Shown one piece after another: positions 11,031 to 19,144 of a stretch of 20,000 nucleotides of DNA. The number at the start of each line of letters is the position of its first letter. The stretch's first letter is position 1. A model generated the notes under the pieces. It did no database searches, was not told the origin of the DNA, and worked only from the letters and a program-made list of their open reading frames with translations. This stretch comes from Myxococcota bacterium (GTDB lineage Bacteria; Myxococcota; Myxococcia; Myxococcales; Myxococcaceae). The translations under genes were made by a program, and so were the position numbers. The stretch is taken from the NCBI GenBank assembly GCA_049322255.1, contig JBMORE010000152.1, forward strand, positions 49,080 through 69,079, given 5' to 3'.

Positions 11031-11549
11031 ATGCGGCTCTATCCCAAGGTGATTCCGATCATCTCGCGCGAGTGCGTGCAGCGCTTGATGCAAGATGGTG
11101 ACATCGAGGTCGAGACAATGCGCATTGCCGACGCCGAGATGGATATGTCGGCGATCATGCGCGAGTACCTCGCCAACGAGGAACGGGTGAACCAGGCGAC
11201 CCGCGAGGCCCTGGAGCGGCGCGGCTACGACCACAGCAAGTTCAACCAGGTCAAACGTGAGATGGCCGACGTCCGCGGGTTCAAGACGGGTGAGGAGGGG
11301 ATCGAGTACGTCATCAACCAGATGATCGAGTTCCTCCTCATCAGCCGGAACGTGGAAGAGGTGTTCTCTCCCGACAATCAGCTGCGCCTGAAGATCTTCT
11401 CCATCATGAAGAAGCACCTCGACGTCGACGACGAGATCGACAAGGAAGCGCGCGCCCGTCTGAAGCACCTGCAGGAAGGGACCTCGGCCTTTGACATCGA
11501 ATACAACAAGACGGTCGAGCAGATTCGCCGCGCCCGTGGCCTGATTTAG
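11031..11549 (+). CDS. DUF507-family protein
   Basis: 172 aa, strong RBS and good high-GC codon bias. MRLYPKVIP...NVEEVFSPDNQLRLKI...DVDDEIDKEARARLK...RRARGLI resembles DUF507 (recognised from memory); two similar helical halves. Confidence 0.75.
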   Translation: MRLYPKVIPIISRECVQRLMQDGDIEVETMRIADAEMDMSAIMREYLANEERVNQATREALERRGYDHSKFNQVKREMADVRGFKTGEEGIEYVINQMIEFLLISRNVEEVFSPDNQLRLKIFSIMKKHLDVDDEIDKEARARLKHLQEGTSAFDIEYNKTVEQIRRARGLI

Positions 11550-11560
11550 CACCACGCCTC

Positions 11561-11594
11561 CCCTTTCCCTGTGGGAGAGGGCAAGGGTGAGGGG
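11561..11594 (+). repeat. boxC/REP-like intergenic repeat (single copy)
   Basis: CCCTTTCCC-TGT-GGGAGAGGG-CAAGGGTGAGGGG, a hairpin plus purine tail. It matches the two copies at 16006-16095. Confidence 0.8.
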
Positions 11595-11658
11595 CGTGAA
11601 TTGCCCCAGTTGTCCCCGCCTTGCCGGCTGGCCACCTTCTCAACAAGGAGGCGAGCCA

Positions 11659-12774
11659 ATGCAGCGATGGGTATTCGCGGCGGTATTGCTCTGCTCCAGT
11701 TTCGCCTTCGCGGCCGACGAGGCCAGCGCAGTCACGACCGAGAGCAGAGGGTACTTCAACACCGGCCCAGCCCCCTACGCGGACTACTACCAGCTGGGAG
11801 ATGGTCAGGTGACGCTGACGGTGGTGGATAGGGTAGTCACCCCCAGCGCGTACGAGGGAGATTCGGCGACATTCGATTTTCGCTTCCGCGTTGGTGCCCA
11901 GGAGTATCGGGTCGAGCTGGCGAGCGTGGGCTTGCCACAGGATGCGCCTTTGCTGCCGGCGCTCGCTGGGCAGCCCGTTTTCGGTGGCGTAGCGCTCGAC
12001 ATCCTGGTGCATGGAAACGCTCCGGTGGGCTCGTGGGCGACGACCCAGGCGCTCGCGGCCATCGCCGTCTGGGGACGCGGGCGCATCTACCTCGGCGGTC
12101 AGCTGGTGACCGACCAGGCGTTCGTCACAGTGATGGCGCTCTCTTTGGGCACCCACGCCGACGACGAAACACACCGGCTGCTCCCGGAGGCCCGGCCGGG
12201 AGACCACGAGCTTTTGGTGCTCGCCACCCACCTGCCGACCGATGTCATTCCCAAAGGCTTCCTCCAGTTCGAATTCGAGCGGGTGCAAATCACCCTCCGA
12301 GGCGAAGGGTTGCCGGAGGAACCTCTCCTGCCCAACGTGACGCCGCGCCTGCCCGAGGAGGTGGGGGTGTCGCTCCTCTCACGCCGGGCGGCAACCCAGT
12401 ACCCCGGAATCGGAGCCTCGGCACCCACTTCTGCTGCACCCGCGGTCGAAATAGCCCCCACCGTGGCAGTGATCGAGCCGCTCGGCGCCGCTCCCGCTGC
12501 TCCCTTGGTCCCAACGGTCTTGCCCGCGAATACAGCTGCCGCCGCGGCGATTCCGCAGGCGGTGGAGCCAGCGAACGCTGCGCCGGCGACGGCGTTGCCC
12601 ACCACCGAGTCTCCGAGCAACGCGGCACCGGCGACAGCGCTGCCCACCACGGTGCCTCCGGGCAATGCGGCGCCGGCGACGCCTCTGCCCGCAACGACGC
12701 CTCCCGCAAACGCTGCCCCCGCCACGCCGCTGATCACGACTCCGCCACCGCTCAACGCGGCTCCGGTGCCCTGA
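11659..12774 (+). CDS. Secreted hypothetical protein with beta-rich N-domain and C-terminal Pro/Ala/Thr tandem repeats, 371 aa
   Basis: AAGGAGG RBS before ATG 11659, signal peptide MQRWVFAAVLLCSSFAFA, a globular region, then a repeat tail. Confidence 0.8.
   Translation: MQRWVFAAVLLCSSFAFAADEASAVTTESRGYFNTGPAPYADYYQLGDGQVTLTVVDRVVTPSAYEGDSATFDFRFRVGAQEYRVELASVGLPQDAPLLPALAGQPVFGGVALDILVHGNAPVGSWATTQALAAIAVWGRGRIYLGGQLVTDQAFVTVMALSLGTHADDETHRLLPEARPGDHELLVLATHLPTDVIPKGFLQFEFERVQITLRGEGLPEEPLLPNVTPRLPEEVGVSLLSRRAATQYPGIGASAPTSAAPAVEIAPTVAVIEPLGAAPAAPLVPTVLPANTAAAAAIPQAVEPANAAPATALPTTESPSNAAPATALPTTVPPGNAAPATPLPATTPPANAAPATPLITTPPPLNAAPVP
12484..12771 (+). repeat. Coding tandem repeat, 45-nt / 15-aa period, about 6.4 units
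   Basis: Units start at 12484, 12529, 12574, 12619, 12664, 12709 and 12754. Consensus is NAAPAT(A/P)LPTTxPPx. Confidence 0.9.
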
Positions 12775-12786
12775 CTTTTCGAAAAA

Positions 12787-12814
12787 TTGACCGCTCCTCG
12801 ACCGCCTGTAGCCT
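12787..12814 (+). promoter_or_regulatory. Putative sigma70-type promoter of a leaderless gene
   Basis: AAAAA-TTGACC (12787-12792), 16 bp, TAGCCT (12809-12814). The ATG follows after a 7-nt gap, with no SD. Confidence 0.55.
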
Positions 12815-12821
12815 CTGCTAC

Positions 12822-13169
12822 ATGCGCAACGTCCAGCTCGTCTCCTCGCCCACGCCCTCGGGAGTCAACGATGCGGTGAAGGAGGCCGTCGATCGGCTGG
12901 AGCAGACGCTGCCGTCACGCGAGGACTGCGCGGTGCTGGCTGACTTCCTCGAAGACGACCTTCGCGAGGGGTTGGAGGCGCTGGAGGAGGTCGACGCGCA
13001 TTTTCACGACATCCTCGATGCGTTGCGGGAGGAGCGGCCCTCGCCGATTCGGCTCCTCGAGGCAAGCGACGACTTCCGGGTGCTCCGCCGGCTCGAGTAC
13101 TTGATGGTGGTGGTGTCACAGCTTCGGCGACGGCTCGCCCAGGCGGCGGGGAAGTTGAAAGAGCGGTAA
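12822..13169 (+). CDS. Small acidic alpha-helical hypothetical protein, 115 aa
   Basis: C-terminal part of ORF 12033..13169 from ATG 12822 (MRNVQLV...LEDDLREGLEALEEVDAHF...LRRRLAQAAGKLKER). It has helical periodicity and fills the gap between neighbouring genes. Confidence 0.8.
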   Translation: MRNVQLVSSPTPSGVNDAVKEAVDRLEQTLPSREDCAVLADFLEDDLREGLEALEEVDAHFHDILDALREERPSPIRLLEASDDFRVLRRLEYLMVVVSQLRRRLAQAAGKLKER

Positions 13170-13178
13170 CCTCGCACT

Positions 13179-14242
13179 TCACCACTTGAGGGTCTCTTTG
13201 CCCTGGGTGCGGGCCTTCTTGTCCCCGGGGCGGCTGAAGGCGGTGAGGGTGGCGCGGACGGCGCCCAAGTCGATCGAGCCCACCGCGGCGAGCGGCAGCC
13301 GGCGCTCGTCGGCGGAGATCCACACGTGGATCTCCCGGCGCCAGCGGTGATCATCGAGCCGCACCGCCTCGCCCGAAAGATGCCAGGCCGTAAGCTCGCC
13401 CAAAGGAGACGGGACGCGCTCCTTCCCCTCCACCTGGCCGCTCAAACGCCAGAGGCGGCGAATGCCGTAGACGTCGAAGCACACGGGCAGGCCTTCCTTC
13501 AGAGGCAGCTGGCGCATGAGGTAGATGGCGCCGGCGACGTCCAGCCCGTCGTGCGCGTAGCGGTACTCGCCCTGCCCCGAGGCGGCGCCGACGGTGTACC
13601 GCACCTTCACTTGGTTGCCCTTGGCGCGAAAGGCCACCTCGGCGGTCTTGCGCACCTCGTTCTCGGTGGAGTCCTCCAGGTAGCGGGTGGGGCGCAACGT
13701 CTTGGGGCTCAAGTAGCTCGTCGCCTGGCCCTTCACCCGTCGCACTTTGGAGAAGAAGGTGTTGGTCTGCGCGTGCACCTCGATGGGCAGCTGGCCGTCC
13801 TTTTGCGGCAAGACGCGCATGGTCATCTTNNNNNNNNNNNNNNNNNNNNNNNNNNNNNNNNNNNNNNNNNNNNNNNNNNNNNNNNNNNNNNNNNNNNNNN
13901 NNNNNNNNNNNNNNNNNNNNNNNNNNNNNTGGGGCTCAAGTAGCTCGTCGCCTGGCCCTTCACCCGTCGCACTTTGGAGAAGAAGGTGTTGGTCTGCGCG
14001 TGCACCTCGATGGGCAGCTGGCCGTCCTTTTGCGGCAAGACGCGCATGGTCATCTTCCCCGCTTGCGCCCCCATGGCGTCGAGGTCGAACTCGAGCACCT
14101 CGCCAGCGCCGAACGCCCAGGGCGCTTTCACCACCGGGAGCGGTCGGCATTGCGCGTCACTGGGCGGCGGTTTGGGAAGAGCAGGCGCCGGCGTCGAGGC
14201 CGCAGCGAACAAGGTGAGAGTAAGGAGCGCGTTCACCACCAT
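13179..14242 (-). CDS. DUF3108-family exported protein (278 aa once the assembly duplication is collapsed)
   Basis: ATG 14242 with GAGGT RBS and signal peptide MVVNALLTLTLFAAA. Motifs AFGAGEVLEFDLDAMGAQAG, PSPLGE and WISADERRLP. Removing the 100 N plus one 127-bp copy gives an uninterrupted 837-nt ORF. Confidence 0.8.
13703..14056. other. Scaffold gap (100 N, 13830-13929) flanked by an exact 127-bp direct duplication; assembly artefact
   Basis: 13703-13829 is identical to 13930-14056. Confidence 0.93.
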
Positions 14243-14290
14243 CGAGTGTACCTCGAAAGGAACGCCCACTCGGACGGCGGTCTCCAGCCG

Positions 14291-16003
14291 TTATTCGCTG
14301 GTCGCCATCTCATCTGACAGGTAGGCGGCCAGGCGCTCGCGCACCGCCTGCCACTCGCGAGGAGAATCGGTGATGTCGTAGCCAGAGCGCACCAGCCGGC
14401 GCACGCTCGCGCGGGCAAGCGAAGACGCACCGCGCCGTTGTGCCAAAGACAGCCACTCGAAGTCCTCCAAGCCGTCGCGGATGTGCTTGAGCCGCAAGGA
14501 CTCGATGGGGATGGGCGTCTGCCCTCCGATGCGGTCGGGCGTGCCTGGGTAGAAGAGGGTGCCATCGCCGTTGCCGCCGAAGGAGAGGACGCCCTCCCAC
14601 GGGTCGCTCTCGTGGAACTGGTAGACGGTGTCGAAGTACAGCTCGCCGTCGACGCCTGCCAGAAAAGCCAGCGGCCCCATCGCCCGGTTCCGGGCAGCGC
14701 TGTGGTCGACCATGTACGAAGCCCAGCGCGAGTACGCCCGCTCTACCTCCAAGTCCTCCACCGGCCCGAGGTCGCAGCCGTGGGCGTTGCAGCTCTGGTA
14801 CCACCAGACGCGTCGCCCATGTCCCAGCCGTGCGCGCAGCTCGTGGGGCGCAGTGACGCGGGGACACGTCGCGAGGCCTGTGCGGGGGAAAAAGCAGTTC
14901 AGCGTGGGGCAGAGGATGTCCGCCGCGTCCTTCAGCTCTTCGTCGAGGCCGGTCGTCACCAAGACGTCGATGCCCCCCGCCCGCCGCACGCGCGCCGCTT
15001 GCCGCTTCACCAGAGGGTAGTCCTCGGGAGCGGGCTCGTCCTTGGCGTAGAAGAACAGCCGCGCCTTCCAGCCCTTCTCTTGGAAGTGCTGCTGGAAAGC
15101 ACGGTAGTAGGCGACCTTTTCCTCTTCGGTCTTCGCCTGGGGTGAGTCGCGCACGTCGGAGGTGGTGAAGCGCGCGCCGGAGGGCAGGGCGGTGCCTTCG
15201 AGAAACGGCGCCATCTCGGCGTCGTAGGCGGTGAAGTCGACTCGGAGTTGCCCGCCCTCGAAGCTCACCTCGGGTGGCTCGATGCCCATGCCGTACGCCG
15301 AGAGCCGATGGGTGAGCAACGAGGTCGCGTAGCGGCGAAGGAGCACCCGCGCTTGGTCGCTCGTCCCGTCGACCTCGTGCCCGTGAGCGAGCGAGTAGAT
15401 GGAGATGCCGAAGCTGTTGGGCAGCGAGGAGGTCGCGGGCAAGGTGAAGGGAAGCACCTGGGCGGCCAGCTCGATGCGCTGCGCCCGCCGGCCCTTCGCG
15501 GTGAGGACGACCGCGCCCCGGTAGAGGCCGGGCTTTTGCGTCGCGGGAACACAGAGCTCGAGGTAGAGCACCAGCGGGCGCTCCTGGGTGGAGTCGTGCG
15601 GGAGCGCCGCTCGCCGCTCCTGGGTGTAGGCGTCGATGGCAGGAATGAGCGGATCAGGCCACAGCCCTGGGGCCCCCTCTGCGTTGGAGGGCACTTCGAC
15701 GGGCACGTAGCCCACGCGGTAGAGGCGCGCCAGCATCGCCGGGCCCGGTCCGGTGAGCGCTTCGAGGCGCGCATCGACTTTTTGGGCGGGAGGGGGAACG
15801 GCGAGTTGCACTGCCTCGCACTCCTGGCGCGCCACGAGCAGCTTCGCCGACGTCGAACCGCTCGGAACCTGCCCGGGGCGAATCTTTTCCAGGGCGCTGA
15901 CCGCGCCGGCCCAGGGTTTCGGTTCTGCGCGATGGGTGGCAGTGGCCCCAAGCAACACAGCGAACGAAAGGAATGTGGCGCTCATCGCGCCCACGCTGCG
16001 CAT
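14291..16003 (-). CDS. Secreted DUF4091-domain protein, putative GH123-like glycoside hydrolase
   Basis: Signal peptide (start at 16003 or 15985), an N-terminal beta-sandwich-like region (WPDPLIP, PGLYRG), a FYAKDEP acidic pair and WWYQSC. The C-terminal GNGDGTLFYPG...IESLRLKHIRDGLEDFEWL is characteristic of DUF4091. Confidence 0.78.
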   Translation of the reverse strand: MRSVGAMSATFLSFAVLLGATATHRAEPKPWAGAVSALEKIRPGQVPSGSTSAKLLVARQECEAVQLAVPPPAQKVDARLEALTGPGPAMLARLYRVGYVPVEVPSNAEGAPGLWPDPLIPAIDAYTQERRAALPHDSTQERPLVLYLELCVPATQKPGLYRGAVVLTAKGRRAQRIELAAQVLPFTLPATSSLPNSFGISIYSLAHGHEVDGTSDQARVLLRRYATSLLTHRLSAYGMGIEPPEVSFEGGQLRVDFTAYDAEMAPFLEGTALPSGARFTTSDVRDSPQAKTEEEKVAYYRAFQQHFQEKGWKARLFFYAKDEPAPEDYPLVKRQAARVRRAGGIDVLVTTGLDEELKDAADILCPTLNCFFPRTGLATCPRVTAPHELRARLGHGRRVWWYQSCNAHGCDLGPVEDLEVERAYSRWASYMVDHSAARNRAMGPLAFLAGVDGELYFDTVYQFHESDPWEGVLSFGGNGDGTLFYPGTPDRIGGQTPIPIESLRLKHIRDGLEDFEWLSLAQRRGASSLARASVRRLVRSGYDITDSPREWQAVRERLAAYLSDEMATSE

Positions 16004-16005
16004 CT

Positions 16006-16095
16006 CCCTCTCCCTTTGGGAGAGGGTAGGGGTGAGGGGTGTCAGATCGACGAATTCACGCCCTTCACCCTCGCCCTCTCCCAGAGGGAGAGGGG
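16006..16095. repeat. Inverted pair of boxC/REP-like repeats
   Basis: CCCTCTCCC-TTT-GGGAGAGGG-TAGGGGTGAGGGG (16006-16039) and its inverted counterpart CCCTTCACCCTCG-CCCTCTCCC-AGA-GGGAGAGGGG (16061-16095), with a 21-bp spacer. Confidence 0.88.
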
Positions 16096-16099
16096 TGAA

Positions 16100-16879
16100 T
16101 CAGGGGACATCGACGGCGGCGAGGCTTCGGCCCGGCTTGTAGTCGGTGAGGTCGGCGGTGATGCTGCCCACCAAGAACTCTGCTTCCACCCGCACCGGCA
16201 CGCGCGCCTCGTCGGTGGTGAGGTAGGCGTAGAGATCGCGCTTGGCGGCGAGCTTGCCGGAGAACTGGGTGGCCACCCGCACCTTGAACACATCGCGCTC
16301 GCCCAGCGGGGTGGACAGCTTCTGCACCCCCTCGACAGTGGCCTTGAGGATGAAGCTTCTCGCGCCGGTGAACACCGGCATCTCATGCGTCTGACCGATG
16401 GCGAGCGCCTTGTTGCGCAAGGCGAAGGTGACCGCCGCCATGTCCATGGAGAAGGGAGCGACCTCGTGGGTCTCCTCCACCTCGCTGGCGCCGTGGTTCT
16501 GCTTGGTCACGTGAGCGCTGGTGCCCTCGAGGCGAATGCGCTGGCGGCGGCGCTTGCGGTTCTCCTCGGCGAACAGGTCGCTCCCGATGGTTCTGTGCTC
16601 GGCGTGGTCCCAGTAGGTGACGAACTTGTCCTTGATGTCATAGAGCGCCCCCAATGACTCGCTCTTGGCCAGGGCGACGATGGGCCACACCGTGCGGCCC
16701 CAGTGCTGCATCTCCGAGCCGACGGTGATTTCGGCGGTGCCCGCGGTCATGCCCAAGAAGGCGACCTTGAAGGTCAGCTGCTCTCCTGGCCCGAAGGCGG
16801 ACCGGGGAGCGGCTTCGTTGGACGCCGAGGCTCCCATGCCAACGAGCATCGCTGAGGTCACTACCAAACGGCAGAGCAT
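16100..16879 (-). CDS. DUF3108-family exported protein, 259 aa
   Basis: ATG 16879 with GGAGA RBS and signal peptide MLCRLVVTSAMLVGMGASA. Motifs AFGPGEQLTFKVAFLGMTAG, STPLGE and YLTTDEARVPV. Clearly paralogous to 13179..14242. Confidence 0.82.
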   Translation of the reverse strand: MLCRLVVTSAMLVGMGASASNEAAPRSAFGPGEQLTFKVAFLGMTAGTAEITVGSEMQHWGRTVWPIVALAKSESLGALYDIKDKFVTYWDHAEHRTIGSDLFAEENRKRRRQRIRLEGTSAHVTKQNHGASEVEETHEVAPFSMDMAAVTFALRNKALAIGQTHEMPVFTGARSFILKATVEGVQKLSTPLGERDVFKVRVATQFSGKLAAKRDLYAYLTTDEARVPVRVEAEFLVGSITADLTDYKPGRSLAAVDVP

Positions 16880-16993
16880 GCGGGTGTCTCCAACGGCCTT
16901 CAGCGAGAGGGTAGGTGCGCGGTGGGGGTTGACGCCAGGCCCCTCCCTGGCATTCAAGGGGTGTACAATTGCCTACCTTTGGGAGTCATCCTC

Positions 16994-19144
16994 TTGGTCG
17001 CCCTCAACACCCAGACCCCCCGCCTGCCATTCCTGCCCGTATGCGGCCTGGTTGCCTGTCTGTGGGGGTGCCCAGGGCCGACGCCTCCGCCTCCTCCGGC
17101 GAAAATCCCCACCACCTACCGGATCATCTCCGGGGTCTCCATGGGCGGCTTAGGAGCTTCGGCGCTGGGGTTTTCCCGCCCCGAGCGCTTCGACGCCGTC
17201 GCCTCCCAAGGGGGGCCTTTCGACGCGGCGCTCTTGCTCCGCACCATCGACCGGTTCCACCTGGCGGGCTTTTGCACCCTCGCCGAGCTCGAGGCCATCG
17301 CCGCCCGTGACCCTTCGCTGCTCAACGACCCCAAAGAAATCTCCCTGTGCGCCCGGCGGACCCCGAACATCGCCAACGAGCGCTCGCAGGACTTCAACCA
17401 CTGGGTCTACACCACCAACGGCGGAGACTTCGAGCGGGACAAGTACAGCGACCTCTTCAGCGACCTCACTCTGGCGTACGGCAATGTCCTCTACGAAAAC
17501 CCTGAGTCGGCCTTCGCGCCGCCGGGAGTGCCGGTGGAATGGGCGCGTCATCCTCCCGCCGATGCGTGCCAAACCCCGGTGCGCCTCCAAGGCTTCAAGA
17601 ACGCCGAGTACAACCCCCAGGGCACCTACGACGTCATCACCTTTTGCGACCAGCAGCAGCGGCTCTTCTTCTGCCGCGGCAACATGGAGCCGGTCGATTT
17701 CTGCTCCGATCCAGCCAACGTGCGCACCCCGCTGCCGATGGCTCAGGAGGAGACCTTCGCCGCCGCCTACTGCGCCACCCAGGGCGGCTTTGCGCAGGCC
17801 ACGAAAGACAGCCAACCGCTCTACATGCTGAACCATGCGGGCGTCTTCGACCCCTGCCGCGAATCGACCCTCCCCCTGGTGGTGGCCTTGGCGGTGGACA
17901 TCAACGGCAACGGCCGGCGCGACTACGGGGAGCCGGTCGTCAACAACGGCTGGGAGCGCTTCGACGACGTCGGCGCCGACGGCTGTGCCGATGGGTTCGA
18001 AGACGGCAGCGGAGGTTGTCTTCCCACCGCCAACGGGGGCGGCGCCGACCCCAACGGCGACAACTACGACGCCGACTCGAACCCCCACGGCACCGAGAGC
18101 AACTGGACCTGGGAGGAGGGCGAGCCCTACCGCGACTTCGGGCTCGATGGGGTGCCGGGGACCTCCGACGTCGGCGAAGGCAACGGCCAGTACGACATGA
18201 GCTCGGGCCGGCGCGCCATGTTCGCGATGGATTCACGCACCCACCTGCGCAAGATGTCACCCGAGGCGCGCGCGCGCATCGACGTGCTCGCCGACGGCGG
18301 CATTCGCGACCTGTTCAACTTCGGGCTCATGGCCAGGCAGGTCTTCGGCCTGTTGCGCTCCTACCGCACGACGCCCACCGGCAGCTACCGGGACTTCATC
18401 GAGATTCCGGGCATGACCGACCGCCGCACCGGCAACTTCAGCCCTTGGAACCAGCGGTGGAAAACGGTGCCGCGCGATCTGCTCATGGTCTACGGCAAGG
18501 AGAACCCGACCGACGAGGACCGAGTGGAGGGAGAGGGCGACCACGTGGGAACGGCGCTACAGGCTGCGAGCCGCTTCTACACCCTGTTCAATTGGGCAGC
18601 GGCCACCTACCCCAACCTCGAGCGGCCGTCGACGCCGCTGGGAGGCGCGTCGGCGAGCGAGCGTCAGAAGGTGATCTGGTACGACTCGGCGTTGCTCGGC
18701 GCCAAGCGGGAGTACGGCATCTCGCTGCCCCCGGGCTACGACCTGCCCGAGAACCAAGACAAGCGCTACCCGGTGCTCTACCTCTTGCACGGCTATGGAA
18801 TGGACCCCAGGAGCTTCATGGCCACTTCCCTGATCACCGACACCTACGTCACCGATCCCGACGTGAAGCTGCGGCCGATGATTCTCGTCTTCCCCAGCGG
18901 CCGGTGTTGCTTCGTCCACCTGGCGAGCGGAGCGAGGGACTGCCGGGAGACCGACGACGACGGCGTCGACTTGAGCGACCTGCCGGGCTGGGAGCGCGAG
19001 TGCCACAAGGGCAATTTCTACGTCAACCGCCAAGGCTTTTTTCGGGGTGATGAGCGAGCATACGGCGACGCCTTCTTCGAGCTGATGGAGTACATCGATC
19101 AGAACTACCGCACCGTCCCCGCTGCCGAGGTGGAGGCCCGTTGA
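16994..19144 (+). CDS. Lipoprotein, alpha/beta-hydrolase esterase family (PF00756-like), with permuted motif order and a large insertion
   Basis: Lipobox LWG-C (Cys codon 17069) and a Pro linker. GVSMGG nucleophile elbow, DGGIRD, GEGDH, and C-terminal LPPGY...RYPVLYLLHGYG...PMILVFP...ELMEYIDQNYRT. The start is uncertain; TTG 16994 was chosen for its GGGAG SD 8 nt upstream. Confidence 0.82.
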   Translation: MVALNTQTPRLPFLPVCGLVACLWGCPGPTPPPPPAKIPTTYRIISGVSMGGLGASALGFSRPERFDAVASQGGPFDAALLLRTIDRFHLAGFCTLAELEAIAARDPSLLNDPKEISLCARRTPNIANERSQDFNHWVYTTNGGDFERDKYSDLFSDLTLAYGNVLYENPESAFAPPGVPVEWARHPPADACQTPVRLQGFKNAEYNPQGTYDVITFCDQQQRLFFCRGNMEPVDFCSDPANVRTPLPMAQEETFAAAYCATQGGFAQATKDSQPLYMLNHAGVFDPCRESTLPLVVALAVDINGNGRRDYGEPVVNNGWERFDDVGADGCADGFEDGSGGCLPTANGGGADPNGDNYDADSNPHGTESNWTWEEGEPYRDFGLDGVPGTSDVGEGNGQYDMSSGRRAMFAMDSRTHLRKMSPEARARIDVLADGGIRDLFNFGLMARQVFGLLRSYRTTPTGSYRDFIEIPGMTDRRTGNFSPWNQRWKTVPRDLLMVYGKENPTDEDRVEGEGDHVGTALQAASRFYTLFNWAAATYPNLERPSTPLGGASASERQKVIWYDSALLGAKREYGISLPPGYDLPENQDKRYPVLYLLHGYGMDPRSFMATSLITDTYVTDPDVKLRPMILVFPSGRCCFVHLASGARDCRETDDDGVDLSDLPGWERECHKGNFYVNRQGFFRGDERAYGDAFFELMEYIDQNYRTVPAAEVEAR

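Noticed and set aside
12484..12771. 45-bp periodic repeats as a possible CRISPR array
   Set aside because: There is no constant repeat with unique spacers, variation is codon-patterned within an ORF, and no cas genes are present.
12033..12821. Upstream part of the 378-aa ORF 12033..13169
   Set aside because: It is an off-frame overlap with the repeat protein. Only the segment from ATG 12822 looks protein-like and has its own promoter.
13703..14056. 127-bp exact direct repeat that looks like a tandem duplication or split gene
   Set aside because: It flanks a 100-N scaffold gap, its length equals a commonly used assembler k-mer (127), and collapsing it restores one intact 278-aa ORF. It is an assembly artefact.
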